The position numbers were made by a program, and so were the translations under genes. The notes under the pieces are model-generated. The model ran no database searches. It was not told the origin of the DNA and worked only from the letters and a program-made list of their open reading frames with translations. A stretch of 48,803 nucleotides of DNA from Saprospiraceae bacterium (lineage in GTDB: Bacteria; Bacteroidota; Bacteroidia; Chitinophagales; Saprospiraceae): positions 1 to 48,803 of the forward strand of contig JABSSK010000002.1 of NCBI GenBank assembly GCA_013214265.1, in the 5' to 3' direction. Shown here in pieces: positions 38,228-47,977 of this stretch. Positions within the stretch are counted from its first letter, which is position 1; each line of letters begins with the position of its first letter.

Positions 38228-38267
38228 AAAAAGCGCCTCCGTGTAATACTTTACGAAGGCGCTTTTT
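38228..38267. terminator. Bidirectional intrinsic terminator between convergent genes
   Basis: AAAAAGCGCCT (38228..38238) pairs with AGGCGCTTTTT (38257..38267). This is a GC core stem with A- and T-tracts on either side. Confidence 0.65.
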
Positions 38268-38292
38268 CATTTTAATTATGCTAATTTCTAAT

Positions 38293-39153
38293 TTATGAAA
38301 TGGAGCAACGTCGAATAGCGTCTGCCAAAGAACGGAAGGCTGTAGTACGATCCCGAGGTATGAACTCTTGTGCGACATAACCAGTAAAACCAGTATCAGC
38401 AATAGCTTTCATAATAGCAGGGTAGTACAATTCCTGTGATTCATCGATTTCGTGGCGGCCTGGTACGCCTGCAGTATGATAATGACTAATGGCATCTGCA
38501 TGTTTTCCAATGGTCGCAATAACATCTCCCTCCATGATTTGCATATGGTAAATGTCATACAGTAATTTGAAATTTGGGGATCCGATTTTTTCAACTAACT
38601 TGACACCCCAGGGGGTGTGATCACACTGATAATCGGGGTGATTTACCTTTGAATTTAATAATTCCATGGTAAGCATAATCCCTAGATTCTCGGCTTTTTT
38701 AACAAGAGGTGCAAGCCCGATGGCACAATTTTCTAGGCCTTCCTGATCAGAAATTTGATATCGGTTTCCCGAAAAACAAATGACCTGAGGAATACCTTGG
38801 TTGGCTGCACTTTCCATGAGTTCAGGATATAATCCTTGCAGTCGTTTGTGATTGTTGGGATTATTAAAACCCTCTGTAAGGCTTATAAAATCAGCAGTAG
38901 CTAAGGCACATGTTAATCCTGCGTTGTATACCGTACTCCATTCATTAGGGGTAAGTAATTCAATGGATTCGATACCGATTGCTTTAACTTTACTCGCCAG
39001 TGTTTCTAATGGAATATCATTGAAACACCATCTGCAAACGGAGTGCTTAAATGGTGTTTTTGGTAATTTGTCTGACATTGCCTGTTGGTTTTTAGGGATT
39101 AACAAACTTCCCGCTGCCAAACCTGCGGTAGTGATGGCATCTCGTCTATTCAT
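38293..39153 (-). CDS. Sugar phosphate isomerase/epimerase (xylose-isomerase-like TIM barrel; hydroxypyruvate-isomerase-like) with TAT signal
   Basis: Start trimmed to MNRRDAITTAGLAAGSLL (twin-arginine). FKHSVCRWCF and the metal-ligand-like pattern (TMELLN, DIYHMQ, HYHTAG, AQEF). Confidence 0.75.
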   Translation of the reverse strand: MNRRDAITTAGLAAGSLLIPKNQQAMSDKLPKTPFKHSVCRWCFNDIPLETLASKVKAIGIESIELLTPNEWSTVYNAGLTCALATADFISLTEGFNNPNNHKRLQGLYPELMESAANQGIPQVICFSGNRYQISDQEGLENCAIGLAPLVKKAENLGIMLTMELLNSKVNHPDYQCDHTPWGVKLVEKIGSPNFKLLYDIYHMQIMEGDVIATIGKHADAISHYHTAGVPGRHEIDESQELYYPAIMKAIADTGFTGYVAQEFIPRDRTTAFRSLADAIRRCSIS

Positions 39154-39211
39154 AGTATTAATTTTCTGGATGTTATGAAAGAAATCGAATACTATCAAGT
39201 AGTGTTTTAGA

Positions 39212-39787
39212 TTATAAACTCCATGCTTTATCGCCTTCCTCGTAAGGAATACATCCCTCATAAGCCCCTGGTATTGGATCATAGGCCATTACCTCTTTAC
39301 CTATTTGTTCACTGGTGAAATAAGCGCCAATAATCATACCCTTTAGTTGCTTGTAATATACTTCGTGAGGCGCAGGATTTTCAGCTGTTAATGCCTCCGT
39401 ATTAAGTGTTGATAAAACCTCGTGTTGTTCTTCAGTGGACATTTTGTGGAATGCTGGTTTTTCTGTATTGCCTCCTATTTTTGTGTGAAGCTCATCAAAA
39501 TCTGCGAGCCATTTAGATCGTGTTTCTTCGGAGGCCCAATTCGTCATTAGTTCATCAATAAACCGATGAACGAAAACATCTTTCGCTCCTGGGCTTGATT
39601 CTGTGGCAGGTAGCATGGTTTCTGCGATTGCAGATAAAGCTTCTATCTGCTGGTCAGTAAGTGTGCTGGGTAACCAATCAGGAGCTGAATCAGCTGTACA
39701 TCCATGTAAAATAGCTGAGGCAGTTGTAGCAGTAAGCGCATAACCTAAGCTTAGCGCGGTGTATTTAAGTGCATCTCTTCGATTCAT
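39212..39787 (-). CDS. Gluconate 2-dehydrogenase subunit-3-family protein with TAT signal
   Basis: MNRRDALKYTALSLG twin-arginine leader, about 190 aa, immediately downstream of the GMC oxidoreductase gene. Confidence 0.7.
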   Translation of the reverse strand: MNRRDALKYTALSLGYALTATTASAILHGCTADSAPDWLPSTLTDQQIEALSAIAETMLPATESSPGAKDVFVHRFIDELMTNWASEETRSKWLADFDELHTKIGGNTEKPAFHKMSTEEQHEVLSTLNTEALTAENPAPHEVYYKQLKGMIIGAYFTSEQIGKEVMAYDPIPGAYEGCIPYEEGDKAWSL

Positions 39788-39798
39788 AGTTAATCTGA

Positions 39799-41526
39799 TT
39801 ATATGTTACCTTTTTTGACCTGTTCAGCGGCATAATTAGCAGCTCGAGCCGTCAGGGCCATATAGGTTAAAGAAGGGTTTTGGCAAGCAGAGGATGTCAT
39901 ACAAGCACCATCTGTAACAAAGACATTTGGTACATCGTGCATCGCATTAAAATTGTTTAGAACGGAAGTCTTTGGGTCTCTTCCCATTCTTGCTGTTCCC
40001 ATTTCATGTATGCCCAATCCTGGCCATGAACCATGATCAAAGGTCGTTACATCCTTTCCGCCAGCTGCTTCCAGCATTTCAGCTGCTGCATTTCGCATAT
40101 CTTCACGCATTTTCATTTCATTATCCTTAAAGGAACAATCCATGGTTAGGGTAGGTAAACCGTACATATCAAGCAAATCTTCATTGAGAGAGACTTTATT
40201 TTCATGATATGGCAAGCATTCGCCAAATCCACCTAGGCCCATCGACCAATCACCAGGGACCATTAAAGCTTCTTTAAAATCAGCTCCAATGCTCATCTCT
40301 TCGGCTGAAATGCCCCTTCCCCATTTCCCACGACCAGCACCTCCTTGATAGCCAAAGCCTCGGATATAATCAGGCATGCGCGTTGCGTCATTAAGGTTTC
40401 TGAAGCGTGGAATATAAATACCGTTGGGTCTTCGACCTTTAAAATATTGATCATTGAATTCAGGGAATCGAGCATTGGCTCCTGTACGAAGGTGATGGTC
40501 CATCACATTATGGCCAAGTTCCCCGCTAGAGTTTCCAAGCCCAGTAGGGAACGCTTCAGATTTGGAATTCAACAGAATTTGAGTTGTGCCAAGAGCCGAA
40601 GCATTGCAGAAAATGATTGTTGAGAAAAACTCATGGGTTTCTCGAGTTTCTTGATCTAATACACGCACACCAGTGGCTTTGCCGGTTTTAGGGTCAAAAA
40701 TAATCGAGTGAACAATACTGTTTGGGCGGAGCGTCATGTTACCTGTTGCTTCCGCAGCGGGTAATGTGGCAGCCTGACTACTAAAATAAGCACCATAAGG
40801 GCATCCACGTCTGCATCGATTTCTGAATTGGCATTTTCCCCGATTTCCATGAATCTCAGGATTGGGTTCAGTAAGATGTGCCGTACGGCCAATAGTCAGC
40901 AGGCGTTCGGGGAAGTTCTCAGATATGGAGTTAAGCATGTGTTTCTCTACACAGTTCAATTCCATGGGAGGTAAAAAGATTCCATCTGGCAGTTGGGGCA
41001 ATCCTTCTTTCTGACCACTGATACCTGCAAATCTTTCCACATGATCATACCATGGAGCAATATCTTTGTAACGGATTGGCCAGTCCACTGCAATACCTTC
41101 TTTGGCATTGGCCTCAAAATCGAGATCACTCAATCGGTAAGACTGTCGTCCCCAAGTAAGTGAACGCCCTCCCACATGATACCCTCTCATCCAATCGAAG
41201 CGTTGTACTTCTGTGTATGGGTTTTCATCATCTTTTACAAAGAAATGTTTTCCTGACTGATTAATGGTGTAACCGGTACGAATTTGTTTGGAATAGTGCT
41301 TCTTCACTTCGTCTTCTGGAACGCGATCACGTAATTTTAGATCCCATGGATCCATAGCAGCAGTCTCATAATCCAGAACATGTCGAACGTTTCTGCCTCT
41401 TTCTAGGACAAGTGTTTTTAATCCGTTTTCGCATAATTCTTTTGCGGCCCAGCCGCCACTGACACCTGAACCAATTACTATGGCATCATAGGTGACTTCT
41501 TGTTTTCCTTCGTTGTTAAAATACAT
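39799..41526 (-). CDS. GMC-family FAD oxidoreductase
   Basis: Start trimmed to MYFNNEGKQEVTYDAIVIGSGVSGG (GxGxxG FAD fold). C-terminal GMC region (HEMGTARMG, NVFVTDGA). Confidence 0.85.
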   Translation of the reverse strand: MYFNNEGKQEVTYDAIVIGSGVSGGWAAKELCENGLKTLVLERGRNVRHVLDYETAAMDPWDLKLRDRVPEDEVKKHYSKQIRTGYTINQSGKHFFVKDDENPYTEVQRFDWMRGYHVGGRSLTWGRQSYRLSDLDFEANAKEGIAVDWPIRYKDIAPWYDHVERFAGISGQKEGLPQLPDGIFLPPMELNCVEKHMLNSISENFPERLLTIGRTAHLTEPNPEIHGNRGKCQFRNRCRRGCPYGAYFSSQAATLPAAEATGNMTLRPNSIVHSIIFDPKTGKATGVRVLDQETRETHEFFSTIIFCNASALGTTQILLNSKSEAFPTGLGNSSGELGHNVMDHHLRTGANARFPEFNDQYFKGRRPNGIYIPRFRNLNDATRMPDYIRGFGYQGGAGRGKWGRGISAEEMSIGADFKEALMVPGDWSMGLGGFGECLPYHENKVSLNEDLLDMYGLPTLTMDCSFKDNEMKMREDMRNAAAEMLEAAGGKDVTTFDHGSWPGLGIHEMGTARMGRDPKTSVLNNFNAMHDVPNVFVTDGACMTSSACQNPSLTYMALTARAANYAAEQVKKGNI

Positions 41527-41983
41527 GAAAGTAGATTTAAGACAATTGGTCAATCAAGGTTTCATTCAATTAGATATTCATACGATATGCACAGCACTGA
41601 GGTGGTAAATTGCATCGTGCATTCTATTGGCCTTAAGTGTTCCAGTGACAATATATTTAAAAAATAGTATTGGTATGGCTATTGTCGACCAAAAATTATG
41701 TGGAGATGACGCGGAAAGAAGAAATTAAAGTTAGATTTTGTTATTAAAAAAGTGAGAAGTGCAATTATAAAAGTGAAAATGAATTGGCTATTGTGGCATT
41801 ACGGGATGAGGTTCTGAGCGTAAATGTGAATTTTATAGGTTATGTTCCTAAAGGTGTGCAGGATGGAAATAGCAATTATTGTACTTTTGATATCATTCGG
41901 AATCATTTTTACGCCAGTGATACTTTTGGCGAGTTGTATTTCGAGTTAACCTTTATTATGTCCAGTTTAAAACAACTTTAGCT

Positions 41984-44263
41984 ATGCCATTTGATATTGA
42001 GATGATAGAAGCTTTTTATGGTACTTTACCTAAGCGGGTAGAGGAAGCGAAAGCGCAGCTAGGGCGTGCTCTGACTTTGTCGGAAAAGATTCTCTATGCA
42101 CATTTACACCCTGAATCGCCTTTACAGAATTATGGACGAGGACAAGACTATGTATTTTTTGCACCGGATCGAGTAGCCATGCAGGACGCAACTGCGCAGA
42201 TGGCTCTGCTTCAATTTATGATGGCGGGCCGGAATAAGGTAGCTGTTCCTTCGACTGTACATTGTGATCATCTTATTCAGGCGGAAATTGGCGCAGCAGC
42301 GGATTTGGATAAAGCAATAAGTACGAATCAGGAGGTATACGATTTTTTGGCATCGGTCTCTAATAAATATGGTATTGGTTTCTGGAAGCCAGGGGCGGGT
42401 ATTATTCATCAGATTGTTCTTGAGAATTATGCTTTTCCTGGTGGTATGATGATTGGCACGGATTCTCATACACCCAATGCAGGTGGATTGGGGATGTTGG
42501 CGATTGGTGTTGGCGGGGCAGATGCAGTAGATGTCATGGCGAATATGCCTTGGGAACTTAAGATGCCCAAACTAATTGGTGTAAAATTGACGGGTAAGCT
42601 ATCTGGTTGGACCTCACCAAAAGATGTCATCCTTAAGGTAGCGGGTATTCTCACGGTTAAAGGAGGAACAGGTGCAATTGTTGAGTATTTTGGTGAAGGA
42701 GCAGAAACGATGTCTTGCACTGGCAAAGGTACTATTTGTAATATGGGAGCAGAAATCGGGGCTACTACCTCTACTTTTGGATACGATGCATCAATGAGTC
42801 GATACCTACGTGCAACGGAACGTGCTGCAGTAGCGGAGTTAGCGGACCAGGTAAAAAGTTACCTGACGGGTGATGCAGAATGTTACGCTGATCCTGAGCG
42901 ATATTTTGATCAGGTTATTGAGATTGACTTGTCAACATTGGAGCCTCATATTAATGGGCCATATACCCCAGATTTGGCATGGCCGATCTCCACATTTGCA
43001 CAAGCAGTAAAAGAAAATAGTTATCCACAAAAACTTGAAGTAGGGTTAATTGGATCTTGTACAAATTCTTCTTATGAAGATCTAGACAGAGCAGCATCCT
43101 TAGCGAAGCAAGCAGTAGATAAAAAGTTGAAAGTAAAGTCCGAGTTTACGGTGACGCCAGGTTCTGAGCAAATTCGGTATACAGTCAATCGAGACGGTCA
43201 ATTATCGGCATTTGAAGAAATGGGAGGTGTTGTTTTAGCTAATGCTTGTGGGCCATGTATTGGGCAGTGGGCACGCCATACAGATGACCCTAACCGAGCA
43301 AATTCGATCATTACATCCTTCAATCGTAACTTTTCAAAGCGCAATGACGGTAATCCGGCTACCCGTTCTTTTGTGGCTTCACCAGAGATTGTAACAGCTA
43401 TGGCTATTGCGGGCGATTTAGGTTTTAATCCGCTAACGGATAGCTTAGTGAATGAAGATGGGCAAGAGGTAAAGCTTGACCCACCAACCGGAGTAGAATT
43501 GCCCCCAAAAGGTTTTGATGTGGATGATGCTGGATACATACCTCCCATTGAGGATGGTAGTGGTATACATATTGAAGTGAATCCCGAGTCGAATCGGTTA
43601 GAATTATTAATACCTTTTTTGCCCATTACGTCCGAACAACTCACGGATATGCGGTTGTTAATAAAAGCCAAAGGGAAGTGTACAACTGACCACATCTCCA
43701 TGGCTGGTCCTTGGCTTAAGTATAGGGGGCATCTGGATAATATTTCAGAAAACTGTTTTATTGGAGCCATCAACTATTTTAATGGTGATATGAATAATGT
43801 GGCGAATTATGTAGATAATGCAAAGGAGGCTGAATTCTTACCTGTCCCTACTTCGGCGCGTAAATACAAAAAAGCAGGTATCAGTACCGTCGTTTTCGGG
43901 GAAGAAAATTATGGGGAGGGCTCATCCCGTGAACACGCTGCTATGGAGCCTCGCCATTTGGGTGTAAAAGCAGTGATCGTTAAATCATTCGCACGTATTC
44001 ATGAGACCAACCTGAAGAAGCAAGGTGCTTTAGCATTGACTTTCGTTAATCCTGCTGACTACGAAAAAGTACGTCAGGATGATTTTATTGATATTGTTGG
44101 TCTTGGAACTATGACTCCAGGTAAAAATCTTAGTGTGATATTGAAGCACACGGATGGAACTACGGATACTTTTGAAGTAGCACATACGTATAATCAAGCC
44201 CAGATTGATTGGGTAACGGCGGGGTCAGCTTTAAATAAAATACGCGAGGAGTTGAAATCGTGA
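41984..44263 (+). CDS. acn: Aconitate hydratase (short, mitochondrial-type, 759 aa)
   Basis: Fe-S ligand motifs GSCTNSS and ACGPCIGQW, plus DSHT and the swivel domain. The length fits the roughly 750-aa class rather than the roughly 890-aa AcnA class. Confidence 0.95.
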   Translation: MPFDIEMIEAFYGTLPKRVEEAKAQLGRALTLSEKILYAHLHPESPLQNYGRGQDYVFFAPDRVAMQDATAQMALLQFMMAGRNKVAVPSTVHCDHLIQAEIGAAADLDKAISTNQEVYDFLASVSNKYGIGFWKPGAGIIHQIVLENYAFPGGMMIGTDSHTPNAGGLGMLAIGVGGADAVDVMANMPWELKMPKLIGVKLTGKLSGWTSPKDVILKVAGILTVKGGTGAIVEYFGEGAETMSCTGKGTICNMGAEIGATTSTFGYDASMSRYLRATERAAVAELADQVKSYLTGDAECYADPERYFDQVIEIDLSTLEPHINGPYTPDLAWPISTFAQAVKENSYPQKLEVGLIGSCTNSSYEDLDRAASLAKQAVDKKLKVKSEFTVTPGSEQIRYTVNRDGQLSAFEEMGGVVLANACGPCIGQWARHTDDPNRANSIITSFNRNFSKRNDGNPATRSFVASPEIVTAMAIAGDLGFNPLTDSLVNEDGQEVKLDPPTGVELPPKGFDVDDAGYIPPIEDGSGIHIEVNPESNRLELLIPFLPITSEQLTDMRLLIKAKGKCTTDHISMAGPWLKYRGHLDNISENCFIGAINYFNGDMNNVANYVDNAKEAEFLPVPTSARKYKKAGISTVVFGEENYGEGSSREHAAMEPRHLGVKAVIVKSFARIHETNLKKQGALALTFVNPADYEKVRQDDFIDIVGLGTMTPGKNLSVILKHTDGTTDTFEVAHTYNQAQIDWVTAGSALNKIREELKS

Positions 44264-44278
44264 AGTTGATATAAAAAG

Positions 44279-44321
44279 CAAAGGGCAACTGATTTATAGA
44301 TTGGTTGCCCTTTGGCTTTTT
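44279..44321. terminator. Intrinsic terminator shared by convergent acn and mscL
   Basis: An 11-bp stem, CAAAGGGCAAC (44279..44289) pairing with GTTGCCCTTTG (44304..44314), followed by GCTTTTTGG. An A-rich tract lies upstream for the opposite strand. Confidence 0.75.
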
Positions 44322-44324
44322 GGA

Positions 44325-44747
44325 TTATTGGTTCCTGAGTAGATCTCGGATTTCTGCTAAGAGTTCTTCTTGCGTGGGTCCAGTGGGCGGAGCAGGTACT
44401 TCTTCTTCTTGCTTTTTGAGTTTCTCAGAAACTTTATTGTAGGTGCGAACTAACATAAAAATGGCAAAAGCAATAATTAAAAAATCAATAACAGTCTGGA
44501 TAAAAGCACCATAGCGGATTTCTACAGCATCTTTCAGTACTTCACCTGCATCATTTAATTCTGCTGCTTGGAGTGTGATGGCCAGATCTGAAAAGTCAAC
44601 GTTACCGAGTGCAATCCCGATTGGAGGCATTATAATATCTGCGGTAAATGATTTTACAATAGCCCCAAATGCACCCGCAACGATTACGGCTACGGCTAAA
44701 TCCAAGACGTTTCCGCGCATGATAAATGCTTTAAATTCTTTCCACAT
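44325..44747 (-). CDS. mscL: Large-conductance mechanosensitive channel
   Basis: [32 protein letters not shown]-terminus. Two TM helices and a charged C-terminal helix. Confidence 0.95.
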   Translation of the reverse strand: MWKEFKAFIMRGNVLDLAVAVIVAGAFGAIVKSFTADIIMPPIGIALGNVDFSDLAITLQAAELNDAGEVLKDAVEIRYGAFIQTVIDFLIIAFAIFMLVRTYNKVSEKLKKQEEEVPAPPTGPTQEELLAEIRDLLRNQ

Positions 44748-44778
44748 AGTTTTCTGTTTTTATAGCGTAAATGATTGA

Positions 44779-45948
44779 TTAACCTTTTTTGAGTTTGATG
44801 GTAAATGTCGTTCCAACGCCTTCTTCGGATCGCTTCACAAAAATAAGTCCCGAGTGATACTCCTCAATGATCCGTTTGGCTAGAGACAGTCCGAGCCCCC
44901 AGCCTCGTTTTTTGGTGGTATACCCTGGGTTAAAGACTGTTTTTTGACGTGCAGAAGGTATGCCTTTACCGGTATCTGTTACATCAATGGAAATAAAATC
45001 ACCATCCTCACGAACCGTTGCTTCGATATTCCCTTTTCGGCCCATCGCGTCTAGTGCATTCCTAAGTAAGTTTTCGATAACCCATTCAAAAAGGTGTGGG
45101 TTAATAAGGACATGTTGAGCGGGGGTTGTGTCTGGTTCAGGAAACGTAAAAGAGACATTTCGAGGTGCACGTCTTTGCATATAAGCACGGCATTTTTCTA
45201 GCTCCAGATAAATATTGGTTTTTTGAAGTTCTGGAGCAGATCCAATTTTTGAGAATCGGTCAGCAATTAGTTCTAGTCGATTGACATCATTCCCTAACTC
45301 ATTTAATATGTCATGCATTTCAGCATCTTGTTCTCTAAGTAACCGCAGGTGTTCAATCCAAGCCACTATGCCAGAAATAGGGGTGCCTAGTTGATGCGCA
45401 GTTTCTTTAGCCATTCCGACCCATACTCGGTTTTGCTCGGCCCGTCGTGCTGAAGAAAAAGTAAGGTAACCAAAGAGAATAAAAGCAGCTATAAGAAACA
45501 ATTGAATGACGGGATACCACCTCAATTGAGTGAGGATAGTAGACTCCCGATAGTGTAGAGCGGTGCCTAGGTCGGTATCAACGATAGGTGGGATATCATC
45601 TTTCTCCATCTTTGCTAATTGCTTTTCCAGATAATCCATGTCAATTTTAGGGAAGTTAACAACACCATCAGGATTGATACGCCCATCCGTTAGCAACATG
45701 ACCGGAATGGTTTGGTTCCGGATAATAATATCTTGGGGGAAAGTGTAGTCACGGCAACTTTCGCATTCTTCGGAAAGGGGCTCGCTTACTTTGCGAAGTG
45801 CCAAGCCGAGAACTTCTGCTTTGTTTCGTTCTTCAATTGCTAATTGTTGGGTAAGGTAGCTCGTGTAGATAAGGGAAGCAAGCACAATGACAGTGCCCGC
45901 TATAGCTAGGTAAATTTTCCAACGTGATTTTTGGTTGTATAAATCCAT
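44779..45948 (-). CDS. Sensor histidine kinase (orphan; no response regulator in window)
   Basis: Two TM helices flank an extracytoplasmic loop of about 110 aa. H-box AHQLGTPISGI, N-box LLRNALDA, G-boxes DTGKGI and GWGLGL. Confidence 0.85.
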   Translation of the reverse strand: MDLYNQKSRWKIYLAIAGTVIVLASLIYTSYLTQQLAIEERNKAEVLGLALRKVSEPLSEECESCRDYTFPQDIIIRNQTIPVMLLTDGRINPDGVVNFPKIDMDYLEKQLAKMEKDDIPPIVDTDLGTALHYRESTILTQLRWYPVIQLFLIAAFILFGYLTFSSARRAEQNRVWVGMAKETAHQLGTPISGIVAWIEHLRLLREQDAEMHDILNELGNDVNRLELIADRFSKIGSAPELQKTNIYLELEKCRAYMQRRAPRNVSFTFPEPDTTPAQHVLINPHLFEWVIENLLRNALDAMGRKGNIEATVREDGDFISIDVTDTGKGIPSARQKTVFNPGYTTKKRGWGLGLSLAKRIIEEYHSGLIFVKRSEEGVGTTFTIKLKKG

Positions 45949-46214
45949 CTGGCCAGTAAATTTTTGATGTGCAACGCTTTTACAAATAAAACTATAGATA
46001 ATACTGTTGGGATGTGGGCGATAATTAAGCTATATAGGGAGTAAAATAGGTAATATTATGAGACTAGCCCATAATTGGGTAGAGTTTGGTAAATCACATG
46101 AAAGCGCAGGCTATAATTTGTTTGTAATGGGGATATTACTTATTTGCACAATAGGTAATATGGAGGGGATAGTATTTTTAAGAATTTATGAAGTGAATGT
46201 ATAAAATAGAAACT

Positions 46215-47078
46215 ATGAAACAAGGTTTACTTTTCTTATTTCTGCTTGGCTTTTTTGTTAGTTATGGTCAGCATTCGGATCAGCGTATGGAAGTTATTGG
46301 TGTTGTCGAGCGATTATTTGAAGGTATGCGTAATGCGGATTCATCAGTAGTACGAAATACCTTTCATCCGGATATACGGCTTCAAACCACCTACTTAGAT
46401 AATGAAGGGAACCCTCAGATGGTACAAGGCGATACTGAACGATTCTTGGGGTCTATAAGTGAATCGGAGCCAGGTACTTTAAATGAGGTGCTCTGGTCGT
46501 ATGATATTCAGATAGCCCAAAATGTAGCTTCGGTATGGACTCCTTACAGTTTTTTTGTGAAGGATAAGTTAAGCCACTGTGGTGTGAATACCTTTCAGCT
46601 TTTCAGGAGCATGAAGGGATGGCAGATCGTTCAAATTATGGATACGCGACAGCGGGATGGGTGCCAAACGGAGAAAGATGACCTACAAGAAGAGCTTAAT
46701 ACACTTATTGATAACTGGCATTTGGCGGCAGCTGAAGCGAATGAAGATGCTTTTTTTGGTGCTATGGCAGCGGATGGAGTGTACATCGGTACGGATAAAA
46801 CGGAGCGATGGCTTCGAGATGAGCTGCGTGGATGGGCTAAAGCTGCTTTTGAGCGTGAGTCGGCCTGGTCGTTTACGGCCATTGATCGTGTTATTTCATT
46901 GGCACCGGACGGCAGAGTAGCCTGGTGGGACGAGACGTTAGATACGTGGATGGGTGTTTGTCGTTCTACGGGTATTTTAGCACACACAGATCAAGGTTGG
47001 AAAATTAAGCATTATCAGCTTTCGGTTACGGTTCCGAATGAGAAGATTGAGGATTTTAAGGCTTTGGTGGAAGAGTGA
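46215..47078 (+). CDS. Secreted protein with two tandem NTF2-like (SnoaL/DUF4440-type) domains
   Basis: Start trimmed to MKQGLLFLFLLGFFVSYGQ. Both halves show the NTF2-like pattern and end in GWQIV/GWKIKHYQLS. Confidence 0.6.
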   Translation: MKQGLLFLFLLGFFVSYGQHSDQRMEVIGVVERLFEGMRNADSSVVRNTFHPDIRLQTTYLDNEGNPQMVQGDTERFLGSISESEPGTLNEVLWSYDIQIAQNVASVWTPYSFFVKDKLSHCGVNTFQLFRSMKGWQIVQIMDTRQRDGCQTEKDDLQEELNTLIDNWHLAAAEANEDAFFGAMAADGVYIGTDKTERWLRDELRGWAKAAFERESAWSFTAIDRVISLAPDGRVAWWDETLDTWMGVCRSTGILAHTDQGWKIKHYQLSVTVPNEKIEDFKALVEE

Positions 47079-47085
47079 AAATAGC

Positions 47086-47118
47086 TTACTGAGCTCCTCA
47101 CTTAAGTGAGGAGCTCAG
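47086..47118. repeat. REP-like element copy 1: 30-bp perfect palindrome CTGAGCTCCTCACTTAAGTGAGGAGCTCAG (plus shared TTA)
   Basis: Read directly: 13-bp arms around a TTAA centre. It starts 8 nt after the stop of the NTF2-like gene and encodes the last 7 codons plus the stop of the RAYT gene. Confidence 0.85.
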
Positions 47119-47721
47119 CATTAATTCCCTAGCCAACTCGATATCACAAAGCTCAAGAGATTGTTCTCCCGCATATTCAACTGCTGATGAAAAAGGCCAT
47201 TGATATATTGAATTAGTCAAATCAGCTTTTACAGGATTATTATGAATATAGTCGAACACAGTCTTGAGATATGTACATTCTAATTGTTTCAGCTCAGCAC
47301 TTAACTGTATTCCTTCTAGAGTCATTGTTTTATCACTCAGAAAGTGTTTGGCTTTGGTTCCTTTCCTAAATAATGATCCTGTTCTTCCTTCTTGGATATT
47401 GATTGCTCGCGTGTAGGATCTCAGGCATACTCCGATTTGGTGGCTAAGTATAACCTGATAATCTCTTTGATCAGCCTCTTCAGTGGGAAAGGTTCGTCTA
47501 GGTTTACGACCATTGCTTAAAAGACAAGAAGCTTCCGTTGTGTATACAAGTAAATGAAAATGGTTTGGCATCAGGCAGTATGCTAAAATTTGGCAGTGAG
47601 GATAGATATGTTTTTTTATTTTCTCCAGGAAGAAGTAGTAGTTATTGTCAGAAAAGAATAATAGTTCTTTATTGTTGCCCTGATTGAAAATATGGTAGAC
47701 ACGGTTGGGTACAAAATGCAT
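47098..47721 (-). CDS. REP-associated tyrosine transposase (RAYT / IS200-like Y1 HUH transposase family)
   Basis: YHIFNQGNNKELLF, HUH motif in CLMPNHFHLLV, and a catalytic-tyrosine region FDYIHNNPVKA. Identical palindromes flank it. Confidence 0.8.
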   Translation of the reverse strand: MHFVPNRVYHIFNQGNNKELLFFSDNNYYFFLEKIKKHIYPHCQILAYCLMPNHFHLLVYTTEASCLLSNGRKPRRTFPTEEADQRDYQVILSHQIGVCLRSYTRAINIQEGRTGSLFRKGTKAKHFLSDKTMTLEGIQLSAELKQLECTYLKTVFDYIHNNPVKADLTNSIYQWPFSSAVEYAGEQSLELCDIELARELMLSSSLK

Positions 47722-47820
47722 GGCTTTAATTTTTACGTGGCTTTTTCTGATAAACTGAGCTTTTATTTTACGTCGTGCAAGATTAGGAGGGACTTATTTT
47801 TTTCAATTGGTACTTCAGGT

Positions 47821-47874
47821 GACATTTTTTTACTGAGCTCCTCACTTAAGTGAGGAGCTCAGTAAAAAAATGTC
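47821..47874. repeat. REP-like element copy 2: the same 30-bp palindrome embedded in a 54-bp perfect palindrome
   Basis: GACATTTTTTTACTGAGCTCCTCACTTAAGTGAGGAGCTCAGTAAAAAAATGTC is its own reverse complement (checked base by base). It lies 100 bp upstream of the RAYT start. Confidence 0.9.
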
Positions 47875-47977
47875 CCACATAAGAATTATATTTCGGCCAT
47901 ACTGTTTATTCTGAAAGAATTCCTTGTAATCAAGGTTACTTTCGCATTTTTAATCCTTTGGGTTGTAAATCTATGCT

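Noticed and set aside
41784-41981. 65-aa TTG-initiated ORF upstream of aconitase
   Set aside because: It has a non-ATG start, no signal or motif, and AT-rich leader composition. It overlaps the more peptide-like 28-codon micro-ORF in another frame. It was probably found only because of the permissive start-codon set.
43198-43773. 191-aa minus-strand ORF antisense to aconitase. Similar long antisense ORFs lie at 29139..29582, 1911..2384, 35511..35873, 36864..37241, 19527..19826 and 42122..42469.
   Set aside because: Each lies entirely inside a confidently identified gene on the opposite strand. Each has low-complexity, Ser/Pro/Ile-rich composition with no recognisable motifs. Such shadow ORFs are expected by chance opposite long genes.
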